NCBI GenBank assembly: GCA_965644295.1
Contig: CBFFRP010000242.1
Location: 124,001 to 188,000, forward strand
Direction: 5' to 3'
Length of the DNA stretch: 64,000 nt
Origin: Paraphysomonas bandaiensis
Taxonomy: Eukaryota; Protista; Chrysophyceae
The notes under the pieces are model-generated. The model worked only from the letters and a program-made list of their open reading frames with translations, was not told the DNA's origin and ran no database searches. Each line of letters starts with the position of its first letter. Position 1 is the first letter of the stretch. This document shows positions 1 to 13,000 of the stretch, in pieces. The position numbers and the translations under genes are program-made.

Positions 1-4
1 TCTT

Positions 5-52
5 GCTACTAATCTGGTGCTGATTCTCGACACCTATTGCTAAGAATAAGAC
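5..52. repeat. Dispersed ~48-bp repeat, copy 1 (other copies 603..652 direct, 1042..1088 inverted)
   Basis: gctactaatctggtgctgattctcgacacctattgctaagaataagac aligns with gctactaatctggttctgactcttgaatgcctattgataaataaacagac (603..652). Positions 29..52 match the reverse complement of 1042..1065 at 22/24. Confidence 0.75.
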
Positions 53-602
53 TCTCATATACACTGTGTTATTATATATATTGAAAGATTTGATCACAGG
101 AAAATGGTTGTGAATGTGTTTATCCCACTGGTATCCAACTATCTTCTTTCTTCCATGTGTTCCCTGCTACTGGCTAAGACCACAAGAGGGCCGATTCCGA
201 CGCTTCTCCACTGTAGATCAAAACATTTTGCAAGCCCTTCATCCACATACCTCCGAGCCACTGGGCACAAAACGCCAAACCCAGAAGGGTATATTACTGC
301 TTCCCCTGGTGCCTACCGTAAGGCACATAAGGCAGTCCCCGATGCAAACTTAACAAAGTATATGTGTAGTCTTATGCGTTCCAGTGTGGTAGTAGTAGAC
401 AAAGATCACTACTTTAACTTGTCATGCTGTACGTTGTACAACGTACCCTACATACGCATCTATGAATATAGCGAGAGTGGTCGCACCTTCAAACAATTCT
501 CGTAGCGCGAAATGGTAGGATATCAGGGTTTTTACTAGAGTTAGTAAACTGTATCTACTTGAATAATAGATGCTTATCTAGCTTGACTAGTTTGTCCAAA
601 TA

Positions 603-652
603 GCTACTAATCTGGTTCTGACTCTTGAATGCCTATTGATAAATAAACAGAC
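603..652. repeat. Dispersed ~48-bp repeat, copy 2
   Basis: Direct imperfect copy of 5..52 (shared gctactaatctggt.ctga.tct.ga...cctattg.taa). Confidence 0.7.
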
Positions 653-932
653 ATTTACTTTTCATGTTTTTATGAAGGCAGTTTTATGTCTAAAAGTTTG
701 TACAATTTTTTATGATGTTTTCAATGATATGTTTTGTACAGTTAAATGAAGTTGTATTTAACATCATAAATCAAGAACGTTTTAAACTTGATGAAGTAGG
801 ACAATAACAAAATTACAAAAAGTTAAAAAATAATGATTTCAGCTGCAGTCTGTCCTTAGTATAACCGACTACACAAACACTACAGCTTGGATACAAATAT
901 ACTCTCACACTCTACAGAGATACAACACAATC

Positions 933-1088
933 CCTCAACAAAGTCAGACTCTGGGATAAGTACCCGAGATATTTCTCCGGGAAACTAACGAATTTTTTGT
1001 GCACACTCATAGCCGAATGCATGTTCGGCACGGTAGTTAATGTCTTATTAATAGCAATAGGTGTCTCAGTGTCAGAACTAATTTAGCA
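933..1088 (+). repeat. Dispersed repeat family 'CCTCAACAAAGTC', copy A (probable non-autonomous DNA-transposon relic)
   Basis: Begins cctcaacaaagtcagactc..gggataagt.c.gagatatttctccgggaaac as in 3380..3452. The segment aattttttgtgcacactcatagccgaatgc matches the reverse complement of 57430..57460. Its distal part (1042..1088) is the inverted copy of the 5..52 repeat. Confidence 0.7.
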
Positions 1089-1266
1089 TTGCAATTTAAC
1101 GAAGCAGTGCTTAACTCTAATATCCTACTATTTAGCGCTACGAAAGCTGCTTGTGCGTCACCGCAAGCACTAAGGTGCAACCACTACTGCTCTATTACTC
1201 AAAGCAACGCAATGAGAAAGCATAATGTTGATATACCTGACATCAGCTGACTTCAGGATTCTTGAG

Positions 1267-1535
1267 TGTTGAGTTTTGCTGTTTAAGCAATTAAAAGCTG
1301 TAATTCTAAGATATTGGAATTATGACGGTTACTGGAGAATACAGTAGTGGTTAACTGTATTATGAGAAGTGATATCATGACGATGTAAGATCGTACTAGA
1401 AATGAGTGGTAGTAGAGATAACGTGATATATTGCTTATTATATTTATTATAATCTTCTCTCATCTTAACTTGATTCATGAGTGAATACACGTCCAGTTAA
1501 CTTAGTAAATCATCCAATTGTTTCATAACTTGACA
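1267..1535 (+). repeat. 5' LTR (269 bp)
   Basis: tgttgagttttgctg...cataacttgaca, TG/CA termini, ~97% identical to 3068..3336. Confidence 0.95.
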
Positions 1536-1549
1536 TGGTAGCGGATGGT
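1536..1549 (+). other. Primer-binding site of the LTR element
   Basis: TGGTAGCGGATGGT immediately after the LTR's terminal CA. TGG is complementary to tRNA 3'-CCA and the rest resembles the complement of initiator tRNA-Met. Confidence 0.8.
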
Positions 1550-2022
1550 AGTTGGAAGCAACTGCTGAAGTGTGACCATTGGAATGGAACTGGACAGAGA
1601 AGCAGGAGTACTGCTTTTTGTATAGTAGAAACATACAGTATATAGGATATAAAACCAGTATTATTTTTGAAAATCGGGGTTTTTCATACGAACATAAGAC
1701 AGAAAAAGTAGACTGGATTGATGATGTATGAACCCTCTGGAGAGACCCCGTATAATTATCAGAATGATGTCTACTATCGCGTGTGGATGTAGTGTGAGCA
1801 CGGTGATTCAGTTATGTGTCTGATTGTGTGGATTGGGGTGCAGTGCTATCGATGGAGGTGCGAGTGATCAGGAGTCGTCTCCATTGTGTTATATATGATG
1901 AGAGTAGTTCCTCATGAGATAGATGGAGTGCTATCGATGATGAGCTTGTCAAGAGTGACCCACTGGTTCGAGCTGTTGCAGAGTTCGGCCATCGTATAGT
2001 CGATATAGACGTGTATAACCGC

Positions 2023-2331
2023 CGGCTGTACTAAAAACCTCGTTCTTGTGACGACAAGAGAGGTGGGTCTTCATCTACGCCGGCTTCGTGGGGAACACAC
2101 AATAAGTCTATTCGGCGGATGAGATTCCAGGGAAGAGAATGCCCCTTCGTACTTTGCCAGAGAGTAGTGCGGGTGCTGTATCTAATGAGACGGCTGTACT
2201 ATAAAAACCTCGTTTTTGTGATGAAAAAAAGGGGTGGATCTTCATCTACACGCCGGCTTCGGGTGGTGCGCCCAATAAGTCTATACGGCGGATGAGATTC
2301 CAGGGAAGAAAATGTCCCTTCGTACTTTGCC
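2023..2331. repeat. Internal tandem duplication (~140-bp units, 2023..2158 and 2191..2331) in the LTR element
   Basis: Both units run cggctgtact..aaaaacctcgtt...tcttcatctac.gccggcttcg...caataagtcta..cggcggatgagattccagggaaga.aatg.cccttcgtactttgcc. Confidence 0.9.
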
Positions 2332-2878
2332 TAGTGATACTGTGTATACTAAGTCTAGTGAGATCAGCGTGAATCGTGTCTGTGAGACTGTACCTGCTGA
2401 GTCTAGGGAGACTTGTGTGGTAAGCGTACGGGTGTTGACTAGTGTGTCCACCCTGGGTGAGGTAAACTTTCTCCATGATGAGGAGATTGTCAATCTGTGT
2501 GATGACAGTGACTGTTCTAATAACTAACATAATATGTCTAATTATAGAGAGACCAAGGCATAATATATGAGAAGTTTGTTAATTGCGTTGATTTGCTTCA
2601 GTGTGTAAGTAGCAGGCTGTGTCTGCTGGCATGCAGGAACTGGTGTGGCTTCGGGGGGTGTTGGTCGAACTGGGACTTCGATTGTACGAATCCACTCCAT
2701 TCTTCCTGACAGCCAGAGCGCACGTAACTTAGCGTGTTGAATGATGTGGTGTGATTGATCTCAGTGACGAGGATAAGAAATCATACGTGCTGTTATCAGA
2801 GACAGAAGATCTTTCAGATGTGTTGTCTATGGTGAGACTTGCTGAAACGTCGGAGTCATACGTCCACCGGTTTGTCCT

Positions 2879-3050
2879 ATGAGGTTTTTTGGTGGTTGCG
2901 TATCCGTCAGTTATGTCTTGTGATGTAAGGATTCAATCTACAGCATATCCGTCAGTGCGATGTTGTGAAGATTCAATGTACAGCTCATGAGGTCTTGGTG
3001 GTTGCGTATCCGTCAGTTATGACTCGTGGTTTGACAATTCAATGTACAGC
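2879..3050. repeat. Three short tandem units upstream of the PPT
   Basis: Three occurrences of tatccgtcagt...attcaat(g/c)tacagc; units 1 and 3 also share gaggt..ttggtggttgcg. Confidence 0.85.
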
Positions 3051-3058
3051 TTTGAATT

Positions 3059-3067
3059 GAGAGGGAG
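3059..3067 (+). other. Polypurine tract of the LTR element
   Basis: GAGAGGGAG abutting the TG of the 3' LTR. Confidence 0.8.
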
Positions 3068-3336
3068 TGTTGAGTTTTGCTGTTTAAGCAATTAAAAGCT
3101 GTAATTCTAAGATATTGGAATTATGACGGTTACTGGAGAATACAGTAGTGATGAGCTGTATTATGAGAAGTGATATCATGACGATGTAAGATCGTACTAG
3201 AAATGAGTGGTAGTAGAGATAACGTGATATATAGTTTATTATATTTATTATAATCTTCTCTCATCTTAACTTGATTCATGAGTGAATACACGTCCAGTTA
3301 ACTTAGTAAATCATCCAATTGTGTCATATCTTGACA
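3068..3336 (+). repeat. 3' LTR (269 bp)
   Basis: tgttgagttttgctg...catatcttgaca followed by TSD ttgag. Confidence 0.95.
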
Positions 3337-3354
3337 TTGAGTTCTTAAGTTGAG

Positions 3355-3511
3355 CAGCCCGGATGCTTGACTTCAGCACCCTCAACAAAGTCAGACTCGC
3401 ACCGTTTCGTGGTATTCTAGGGATAAGTGCCGGAGATATTTCTCCGGGAAACCAACACCAGCCGCATATATAGTCAGCAGATAATAGTGTTACTTGTGTG
3501 AACGTCTTTGG
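3355..3511 (+). repeat. Dispersed repeat family 'CCTCAACAAAGTC', copy B
   Basis: 3355..3378 is identical (24 nt) to 57290..57313. 3380..3413 matches the reverse complement of 57499..57532 at 31/34. The segment gtgttacttgtgtgaacgtctttgg matches the reverse complement of ~57381..57405. Confidence 0.8.
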
Positions 3512-4011
3512 ATATGAATAAATACTTCACACTTCACATCACATTCATGTAACATCGTAACATCTGGTCAACATCTGCTATCATGGATATCTGTTTATCA
3601 AATATTCACCACTCACTGCTATATCTTATATAGTCATACATCAGCAACTGAATTTACTTCCTTTGTAACTACATTCACAAGTTACAAGTATGAGTTGGTT
3701 TCACCTCACTTCAATTACACAATATATATCGTATCATACAACAAAATCTAACAAACGCTAATCATACACAAAAGATGTTGACAGTTTGTACAACTGGTGT
3801 TGTACAATTTGTCCATCCTACAAAGGAACTGAAAAGACAGCTCGAACAGTTTGTAACAGAAAAAAAAGACCATCTACAAAATGAATATATTTATTACTAT
3901 GAAGTTATTATATATATTACGATTATTATTTCATACACAAGGCGATAACATAAGTTCAACTAAAATCACATTCTTCAGTATGTATAACTAAATAATTTCT
4001 GGGTGGTAACT

Positions 4012-7000
4012 CTAGATTTTCGCGGTTGCAGTGACTTTTGTGGTCGTGATCAAGCAATTGGAGTCTGTGTGACTGCAAAATTGACCAGACCCCATCGCAT
4101 TCCTAGCTAACACGCGAATGTAGTACACACGACCAGGAGTCAGATTCTGTATGGTGTAAGAAGACCCTGTCGTTGTGTGCTTTCCAGAGTCGAACCCCTT
4201 GAAGTCTGCACGCTCATTGTACTCAATCAAGTACTCAGTTATCGGAGTGCCACCATTTGATACAGGCAAACCACCTCCTATAGCAGTTGGGCAGTCATCG
4301 GGTTCTTCCGCGGTACCAGAGCATGGAATCTGATGCCACGGGACGCGCGGACGCTGCCAAGTAACATAAATTTGTCCACTTGATGCACCACTTGTAGCGG
4401 CAATGGTGTGAGGCTTACCGGGAATCTGCAAACCTGGTTTGGCGAAGTTCGGCACAGCATTAGCAGCAACACTTGGCCCAGCAGAATTAACGGCAAACAC
4501 TCGAACATAGTAAGTACGCCCCTCTGTCAAATAAGGGATAGTATAGGAATTAAATTCCGTTGCGTCTAATGTCACAGAATCTTTGTGCGGTTTAGATACC
4601 ACTCCGTTAAACCCTGGTGTAGTATCCCACTCCACAATATAGCTTTCCACCGCATCGCCCCCATCATTTTCCGGTAGACCAAACGAAACAGTCAACATCG
4701 AGTTAGAAGTGACAGCCAAGACCACGTTGGTTGGCGCACTGCTGGCTTCATACGGTTGGAGCGAGGACGGTGTACTAGAGGCAGCTGCACCATAACCTTG
4801 AGAGTTGTAAGCCATCACTCGCACAAAAACAAAGACACCTTGTTCAAGATCTGTAATAGTTTTGAAAAATGGTGCACCACCTTCCAAATACGTCACAGAG
4901 GTTGTCTTCGAATCGCTAAAATCACTGTTTACTGAATACTCAATCAAATATTCAGTAATCGTGTCCCCCCCATCACTATCTGGTGGATTAAATGTCACAC
5001 GTAAATCACACTTTGAGACTGTAGTCAATACAACAGAAGTTGGAGGTCCGGGAACAACCATTGGCTTCTGAGCAGAGGGGGCAACTTGAGGTAAACTAAA
5101 ACCAATTGAATTGTATGCGAAGACGCGGGCAAAATAATACTCTCCAAGTGTGAGGGCCTTATCATCAGGAACAACATGGGTTCCTATGCATTCGTCAAAA
5201 GACTCACCATCAACAAGTTGAGAAACTGTCAAACTTGCAGTAGCACCAGATTCAGTCCGCATGTTGTTTTCATAAACAGCGAGGGTGAAATCAAATGGAT
5301 TAGATGGTGAATTGTCCAAGAAGGAAACTCTCCAGGTGTAGCCATTTGTGGCATCTGGTTCGTCTCTGTCCACCTCAACACCAAGGACGATGGCTTCCGT
5401 CAAGAATTCTAACTTACTCTCTATCGAGCCAGAATTCTTCCTACGCGATAAACTGCAAAGCTCGCTATCAATACAAGCAACTCTTGAAGATGCCACAGTC
5501 CCTCTTCCACCAGAATAACGCAGGACCGTGGCTGTTGCAAGCGAAGAAGGACCATCATTGGGAAGGAATATATCACTGTCAAGTACAATACTGGTAGATC
5601 CATTCACGCTAACAACGTTAAATATCTGATCAGGGTACTGTTGCGACGACAATCGCACTCTGTCGTTCACGAAAAGAAGCTCACCAACATCAACACTGGG
5701 GACCAACGTGTCAGATCCATTGGTAATTGCTACCGTGAATCCAGAAAGTGTGGTCATAAATCCTACCTCGTCCGCTTTCGTTGCCGTCGCATCATAGGGA
5801 ATGAAGTCAGTAAAGTAATCGCGATTGTTAACAGAAAGAGAGAGTCTGAAGTTACCTTCAATAATAGGATCATCCACTAAACCAGCCGAATTGATCTGAT
5901 ATACCGTATGAATATTAGACGATTCACACATAATTTCATTGTAGATAGCAGTGGAGAAGTCTTCAACATTATCCAATTCCACACGGTACTTCAGAATCTC
6001 AGCGCCTCCATCAGACACAGGCGGGTTGTAGGACACTTCTAACGTACTTGCAGAACCGAAATTCACATCTACGGAAACATCTGTTGGAGGTTGAGGCTTT
6101 TGCTTTGGAGGTGTGGCGGAGAGTTCTGCCGGTTTTGTTGTTGGTCCAATTCCATAAGCATTTATGGCAGAAACAGAAACAAAATACTCTGTCCCAGGAA
6201 CAAGGTTCTCAATCACAAACGATCTATCATCCTTATCAACAATGCGCGCGTTGTACCCAGCTGGCATCTCACCAGGGAAAGCATCAGATACCTTGAAACC
6301 TGTAACATCAATAGAGTTGTCACCATCCGCAATAGTGGCAGTCACTTCAGTCGCACTGGTTACAAGATAGGTGTCGTCAACATAGATGGCAGGCATGTTA
6401 CCAATGTCACCAGTGAAAGTAATTTTCCACTCATAACCAGCATACGATGTTGACATATCCGTCACATTAACAAGTTCCTTTGTAACTGAAATCTGTCTGA
6501 TGGTGGAGAGCTGCTCCAATGCTCGTTCCATGACTTCTTCTGAGCAATCAGCAGGTAGGTAATGGGTGAACACCTCAGTTCCATTAAAAGCTAGACGGAA
6601 AAATCCATCCAACTTGTCCACATCATTGTCACCAACCGAAAGTATAGTTAAAACTTGAATTTCAGAAAATCCACCCACTCGACTTCCACTCTGCATCTCG
6701 ATGATATCAATATACTCCCCAGAATCTGCAATAGGTGTACCTAAGAATGGAACCATATCACCCTCGTTGAAATCCGACTCGAATGTAACTCTCCATTGGT
6801 ATCCCTTTCCAGGTAACAGTTCGCGAGTTACGGATACATCTCCAACGACGAAGTCATTTCCATCGTCACCAAAGTAGCCTATGTTGATTAATTCGGCTCT
6901 GAGATTAGCAGCCTTAATATTGTAAGGAAGTAGCCCAGTGACTCCACCAGAATCAGAAGTTGGTCCAAAGTTCAAAAGGAATGATCCGTTGACTGTTGGA

Positions 7001-10000
7001 GGGAAGACGTCAGACAAAAACCTAACCAGTTGAACTTCACGTATTGGCCTCTCTTCCCACCACTCTACTAGGTATCCTGTGATGGGAGACCCTCCATCGG
7101 TGTCAGTGCCAGATGCAGCAGTCCATTTCACAGTAAGATCAGTGATAGGGGTATCTTGCACAGTTGCATGGGAAAGTGAAACAGAGGCCGGCGCATCTGG
7201 TTCACCAGCAGGTGTGACTGCAAATGCAGTCCTAGTGGTGGGACTAGTACCGTTCACATTAGACACTGATACTCGAACCCAGTATGACGTTCCGGGGTTC
7301 AAATCATAAATTTCATATACTAGAGGACCATTGGAATATAACACTGGCACATTGTCGTAAATCACAGTTGCATTACCATAAGCGGACGTCTCAAATGTTT
7401 TCGACTCATCCCACTCAACATACAGATCCAGTATATCACTTCCACCGTCGCTCACGGGTGGCGTAATCAATATCTGTATGTGATTCTTACCAGATACAGT
7501 AGCAGTCACAGTGACAGGAGCACTGGGAGGTTGATCAGATGGAATAGCAGAGGCACTTTCACTCCACCGTGTATTATCAGGAACTTCACCTGTCGGATCA
7601 GTTTGTTGCACAGGAATGGAATTCCGAGCAGCAACACGAACATAATACCTCACACCAGGTGTCAAGTTGTCAATAATGTAATTATAAGGTGGGGTAATGC
7701 TTAGTGCAGTTCCAACGACTTCACATTCGCCAAAACCAGCCGTCGCACAAGTTGCATCATCAGATTGTGCACTACTGAACTCAATATCCGTGTCCCACTG
7801 AATGGTATAGCGATCAATCTCGCCACCATCGGCTGCAGCAGGAGGCATGAAGAAAGCCTTGATTTCAGTTCCTGATAAAACATCAAGAACAACTGAAGTA
7901 GGAGCACCTGGAATTTCTTGCGGCGTCTGCGCAACATAGTCTGTGTAATCACCGAAACCAGCACCATTATGGGCGCGGAGACGCAAGTAATACTCAGTCC
8001 ACGCGTCCAATCCACTAACATAAGTGCAGTTTCTACAATCATCAGAGCGAATAGAAACAGTTGAGTCGAGGGGATTTAATCCATGCTTCTGACTAGATAA
8101 AGGAAGAACAAAGTCTGTTTCAACACTCAAGAAAGTCACAGCCCATTCGTAACCACGGGCATATCTGTACACAGCTTCACTAGCTGAGTATTCACCCTTG
8201 AAATTAGTAACCACAGAAGAATCGGTACTCAATGCCAATGGCAATGTAGTATCAGAGCCAGCAAATGTATCGGCCACCTTGTACCAGTCATCACCAATGC
8301 GAATCAATTCACCCGCCGGAAGATTACTAAAATCACAACTGTCCTCAACACATTCCAGTTGTTGCATACCAGGAACGGCAACTACTCTCGATCCAGTTTT
8401 CAATGCACTGAAAGTACGTGACACTAACACTGTATTGATATCAGGAAGAGCTTCAAGAGCATGCCGTACATCGGCCGCAGAAGCTTCTGCTGAAATAGGA
8501 TTAGTGGTAACAGAATTATAAGCCAGTTGGAAGTATCCAGATGCAGATTGTCCGAGCACAGCTGCAGATTGTTCTCCGAACAAAGAAACAGCTGCCACAC
8601 GAACTCGTTGAGTATCATAATGAGCATGGACCGATATAACTTGAGATACAGCCGATTTAGAAGATCCAATTTCGACAGAGTAATAATCAATAGGAGAACC
8701 GCATATTCCCTCTTCTACTTGAGAATGGCTGCAATGAACAGGAGCTTCGATAGAAATCTTCAGAGAAGTGCCAAGCGCATCAGAACCCTTGACAGTTTCG
8801 AAAACACTGACAACAGCTCCGACGCCTTCTAGGGAGTTATAATACGGGATCAGAGGGGGGACATCACCGTGTACACTTCTGAATGTGACTAAGAACGAAC
8901 TTCCACCTTCAGTACCAATAGCAGATCTGGAGACATCTACTAGCCCAATACCAGCGATATTCTCCAGAGCAGCATCAACTTCTGAAGCAGTGACATCGTA
9001 GTTCAAATCAACTGTAACAGCTCCTCGATACTCCAAGTTAAACTTGCCACCGAGATAATTACCATCTTGGACCGTTGTAACAACAGCAGTCACACCAGAA
9101 CCAGTCAAAGAGTTAGAAATCTTTAGCGGATCAACATTACCGATAGCACTGAGCCACGTAATAGTCCAAACATATCCACCTTGGTTATCAGGTCCTGACC
9201 TGGAAACACTAACATCACCCACTCCATTGAGTAACTCCAACGCAGCCTCCATTTCAGATGCTGATATATCTGATGCCAAGAGTTTGCTCGCTCCCAGCAA
9301 GAAGTAACCACCAATATAATTTCCATCAATTACTGTGTTCTGATAGCAATTACCAAACACACTTGTCAATTCAGAATTCATGCCGCAAGTGAGATCGTAA
9401 ACATTTCCCATGGCTTCCTCGAATAAGACTGTCCATTGCAAGCCCAAGCGATCGTCTGACAGAGATCTTCTCGTATTGTCAATCTTCACAAAACTCGGTA
9501 GAATAGATAGCTGATAGTAAAACTCTTCAGCGCTAGTATCACCGGCAACCATATCAAACCCTGCCTTATCAATTGTTTCCTGCTCTACAGAAGCATCGAA
9601 ATATTCAGATTCCTCAGAATCAAAGTCAGTAAGAACACCCTGCAGGAAATGAGAGAACTGAGTACATACACTTCCGTCACCCATAGTAACTTGCAAAGTA
9701 CCGGGATAAGTTGCGTTGTCACCAGCACCCGAACGGTCATGCATAGCATTGCCATCAAAGAAGACGCTATACACATATCCGTAGTCGGAAAGAGAATTAC
9801 CATTACCATATCGCTCAACAAAGACAGAGTCAATATTTGAAAGATCCTCCAAAGCTTCCGTTAATGTTGCGGCAGTTGCATTCCAGTCAATGCAAGAGGT
9901 TGTGGTCGTCACACCAGCATACTCGAATGTTAGTTGGTACTGCCCTTGGGCAATATAGGCATCAGCGGTAACATATATGGTCTGAATTTCAGTATCAGTA

Positions 10001-13000
10001 CCGACAGTCATATCGTTATTGAGAGTTGCCACAGTCATAGTGGCATCATTAGTCAGAGAGACAAGAGGAGAACAGGTAACCAACTCGAGTTCCTGCACAT
10101 TTCCAGCAACTAGGTTCCCAACAAATGACACAGTCCAACCATACCCGAAATTAGAAGAATACCCTCCTGCTCCGGACCTGATAACATCAACATCATCAAT
10201 ACTGTCAAGATCCTCCAAAGCATTTTCCACAGTTTCAGCAGAGGAATCGAAGTCTAGACACACCGTGGTCTCATTCAACAATACAAAAGAGTCGTTGTAG
10301 TAGAAATACATGAGCTTAAAAGATCCAGATGACACAATGCTCCCAGATTGCAACCTAACAGTTTGAATCTCAGGGAAACGGACAGAGAAATTTCCCACAA
10401 CGGTCTCTGTCTCAGGGGTAGTCAACACAATCTGTTGGGTTTCAGCGAAAGGAGTTGCGGCTGTGGTAACGGTCTGAATCTCATCCACATGAGTGGCGGC
10501 CACCACAACTTCTTGCACTTCATCAACAAAAGGAACAGCGAAGGCCAAAAAGCTCTCCTCGTAGGTAACCTTGCTGTAAGGAATGGCACTATCCTGGGCA
10601 GAAAACGCTGTCTCAGAATTATCGCTGCTGTAGCCATGATAAGTTCCACGGGTATATGCATCTACTCGAATACCATACTCGATACCCGTGAGTAGATCAT
10701 GGAGCTGATGGTCAAGAGGATGGACACCTGTAACGACGTTATCGTACACAGACATAGTAGTGCCTTCAGATAAATATTTAGTGGCTGATGCAGACATAGC
10801 TGGAATATCTCCTAAGTTGGTATCAAACGTAATGGCCCAGTAATTACCGTTCACCTTATAAATTGGTGCACGTTCAATGGATGAACCTTTGTAAGTGGTT
10901 GAAACGCCGGCATCATCTTTCCTAGCTAGTGGAATATAGAACCGCGACAACTTAGTATGTTCAGCTCCATCCAACACATGTTCCATATCGATAAGACTGG
11001 AGAAATCGTAAGGATCGTCCAACATACAGCCGTTTGAATCATTGTATGATATTAAGAAGTCGTTGATATTCGCAGCAAATGTTTCTGATTCCCAGTATAT
11101 CGAATATACATAACCTCCAGCATTGTTGATCAAATCTTGACCACGAGTTACAGTCAAGCAGGCGTCGGGAGTTGAGCATAGGCCAGCAGCCACGTCGGCA
11201 AGCGCGGCTTCCACCTCATAATCATAGGAGTCCCAGTTAACACAAGTGGACGACCCGATTGACGTTCCATTAATTACAAAAGAAAACGACAGGACACTCT
11301 TGCCCAATGATGCAGGATTCCGGGTACTCAATTTGAATATCTCAACTGTCTGCTCTTCCACACGATACTGAAGAGGAGTCTTATACGCTTCGGCATAGCC
11401 GTTCGATTCTCTCAAATAACCACTGTCAGCTGTGTACGGTATATCACGAGGAGTTCCACTGCGAGGAGTGTAAACTGTAATAGAAGCGGAATCAGGGAGT
11501 ACATTGTCAACAGAAACGCCAGCAAACGTCCAAGAAGAACCCACTGCATGGCCGTTGGCACTATCAAATGTAACAGACACACCATCCCTCAAGTAAACAG
11601 ATACACCTGCAGTAATATTCTGTGGGTCTTGAACGGCAGGGAAATTCTTAGTCCACCACACGAAAGCGTCGTAACCGTGAGAAAAGATTATCGATACAGT
11701 GAATACGTCGTCACCCACAGCCGTATTGTTATAAAATCCAGAAACTTTAAGATCATTGTTCGATGTGGACGAGTTAGCTGAATAGTACAAGGGCTGAGAT
11801 ATGTCACCGTCATACAGAACTTGTAACTCCGCCATGTTTCCCTTTAACGGGGCCACAAAGGAAATGTAATACAAGAAGCCATACCCTTCCTCCTTAGAAC
11901 CACTCCCGGAAGCAGTAACAGAAACGTAGTTCGCTGTGGGGTCCAATCCAAATGCATCAGCAACAATAGAATTGATAACAGTCTGAAAATGAGATGTATT
12001 CTTTTCCCACGACAGTGCAGCGCTCACAGTTGTGTTACTACCATCGAATACAAACTTGAACACATCTCCATTGGACCTACCAACAGCTTCTGATGAATAG
12101 AATAGAACCGTTTGGGTTTCCAAGCCATCACCATCAACAATTGTATCAACATCAAGAGACCACCTCATACCATTAAATTGAGATAAACTTTCGTTACATC
12201 GTGCAGCAACTATGGCATCAACGTTAGCAAGGTGTGGTCCAACGAAGAAAACGTCATAGTAGTAGGAATCTTCACCCTCTTGCTTTACCTCAACAGAGAA
12301 GTCAGGAATGCCACCTTCAAGCAGATAAACATCGAGGAGTGTTCCATTATATCCCACAGCAACATCAATAGTATCATCCAAAGTAATTTCCGTATCGCTG
12401 TCTCCAGTCTGCGCACCAATCACTACAAAAGTCTTTAAAGGAGTCGTAGAACCAGGAACCCGAATGCGATCACCAATCTGCAAGCTGCCAAGAGTAGACG
12501 CAGTTGTATACACCACATTACTGCCGGGGAGAGATATGTTCAACTGTAATGTATCGAGAGCAGTTTCCACACCATTGAAATCTGAGCACCCACCATAAGA
12601 ACCCTCATCGATTACACGGAAGGACGGTAGAGAGCGGCCAAGGGAATCACTTCTACCAAAAGTTAATTCTGGGCCATTAAACTTAAACGTGTACTGATAA
12701 CCATAGCCAGATGTCACAGTACCGTCACCAGTACGTCGAATTGTAACGTGATCATCATCATTTGCACCACCATCACTATTGAAATCGATCGAAAGAGCGT
12801 CAAACGCCTCCTGCATTTCCGACGCAGTAGCATGATAACTAATACAATCAGTGATATATTCCGAACCCTCGAAAGAAACCATGAGTTTGTAATACCCTCC
12901 CGAACCTTCCATTATTGCTGCATCAGCCGTGGAAGTCAACGAAAGCACGGTTGCCGTAGAATTTCCAGTACCGTACCGCGACGCTATAGCACTTAAGTCG

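Larger units (their letters stand above)
1267..3336 (+). mobile_element. Complete non-autonomous LTR retrotransposon (TRIM/LARD-like), 2,070 bp
   Basis: Two 269-bp TG...CA direct repeats (1267..1535 and 3068..3336; 7 mismatches by manual alignment). 5-bp TSD TTGAG at 1262..1266 and 3337..3341. PBS TGGTAGCGGATGGT directly after the 5' LTR and polypurine tract GAGAGGGAG directly before the 3' LTR. No gag/pol motifs in the 1,532-bp interior. Confidence 0.93.

Noticed and set aside
104-505. ORFs 104..505 and 114..353
   Set aside because: No recognisable motif, no convincing splice structure, and located among repeat fragments; probably spurious.
2246-2530. Short ORFs inside the LTR element as gag/pol remnants
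   Set aside because: No zinc knuckle, DDE, YxDD or RNaseH motifs; they overlap a non-coding tandem duplication.
2879-3050. CRISPR-like repeat/spacer pattern
   Set aside because: Units are degenerate tandem repeats with related 'spacers', inside a eukaryotic retroelement, with no cas genes.
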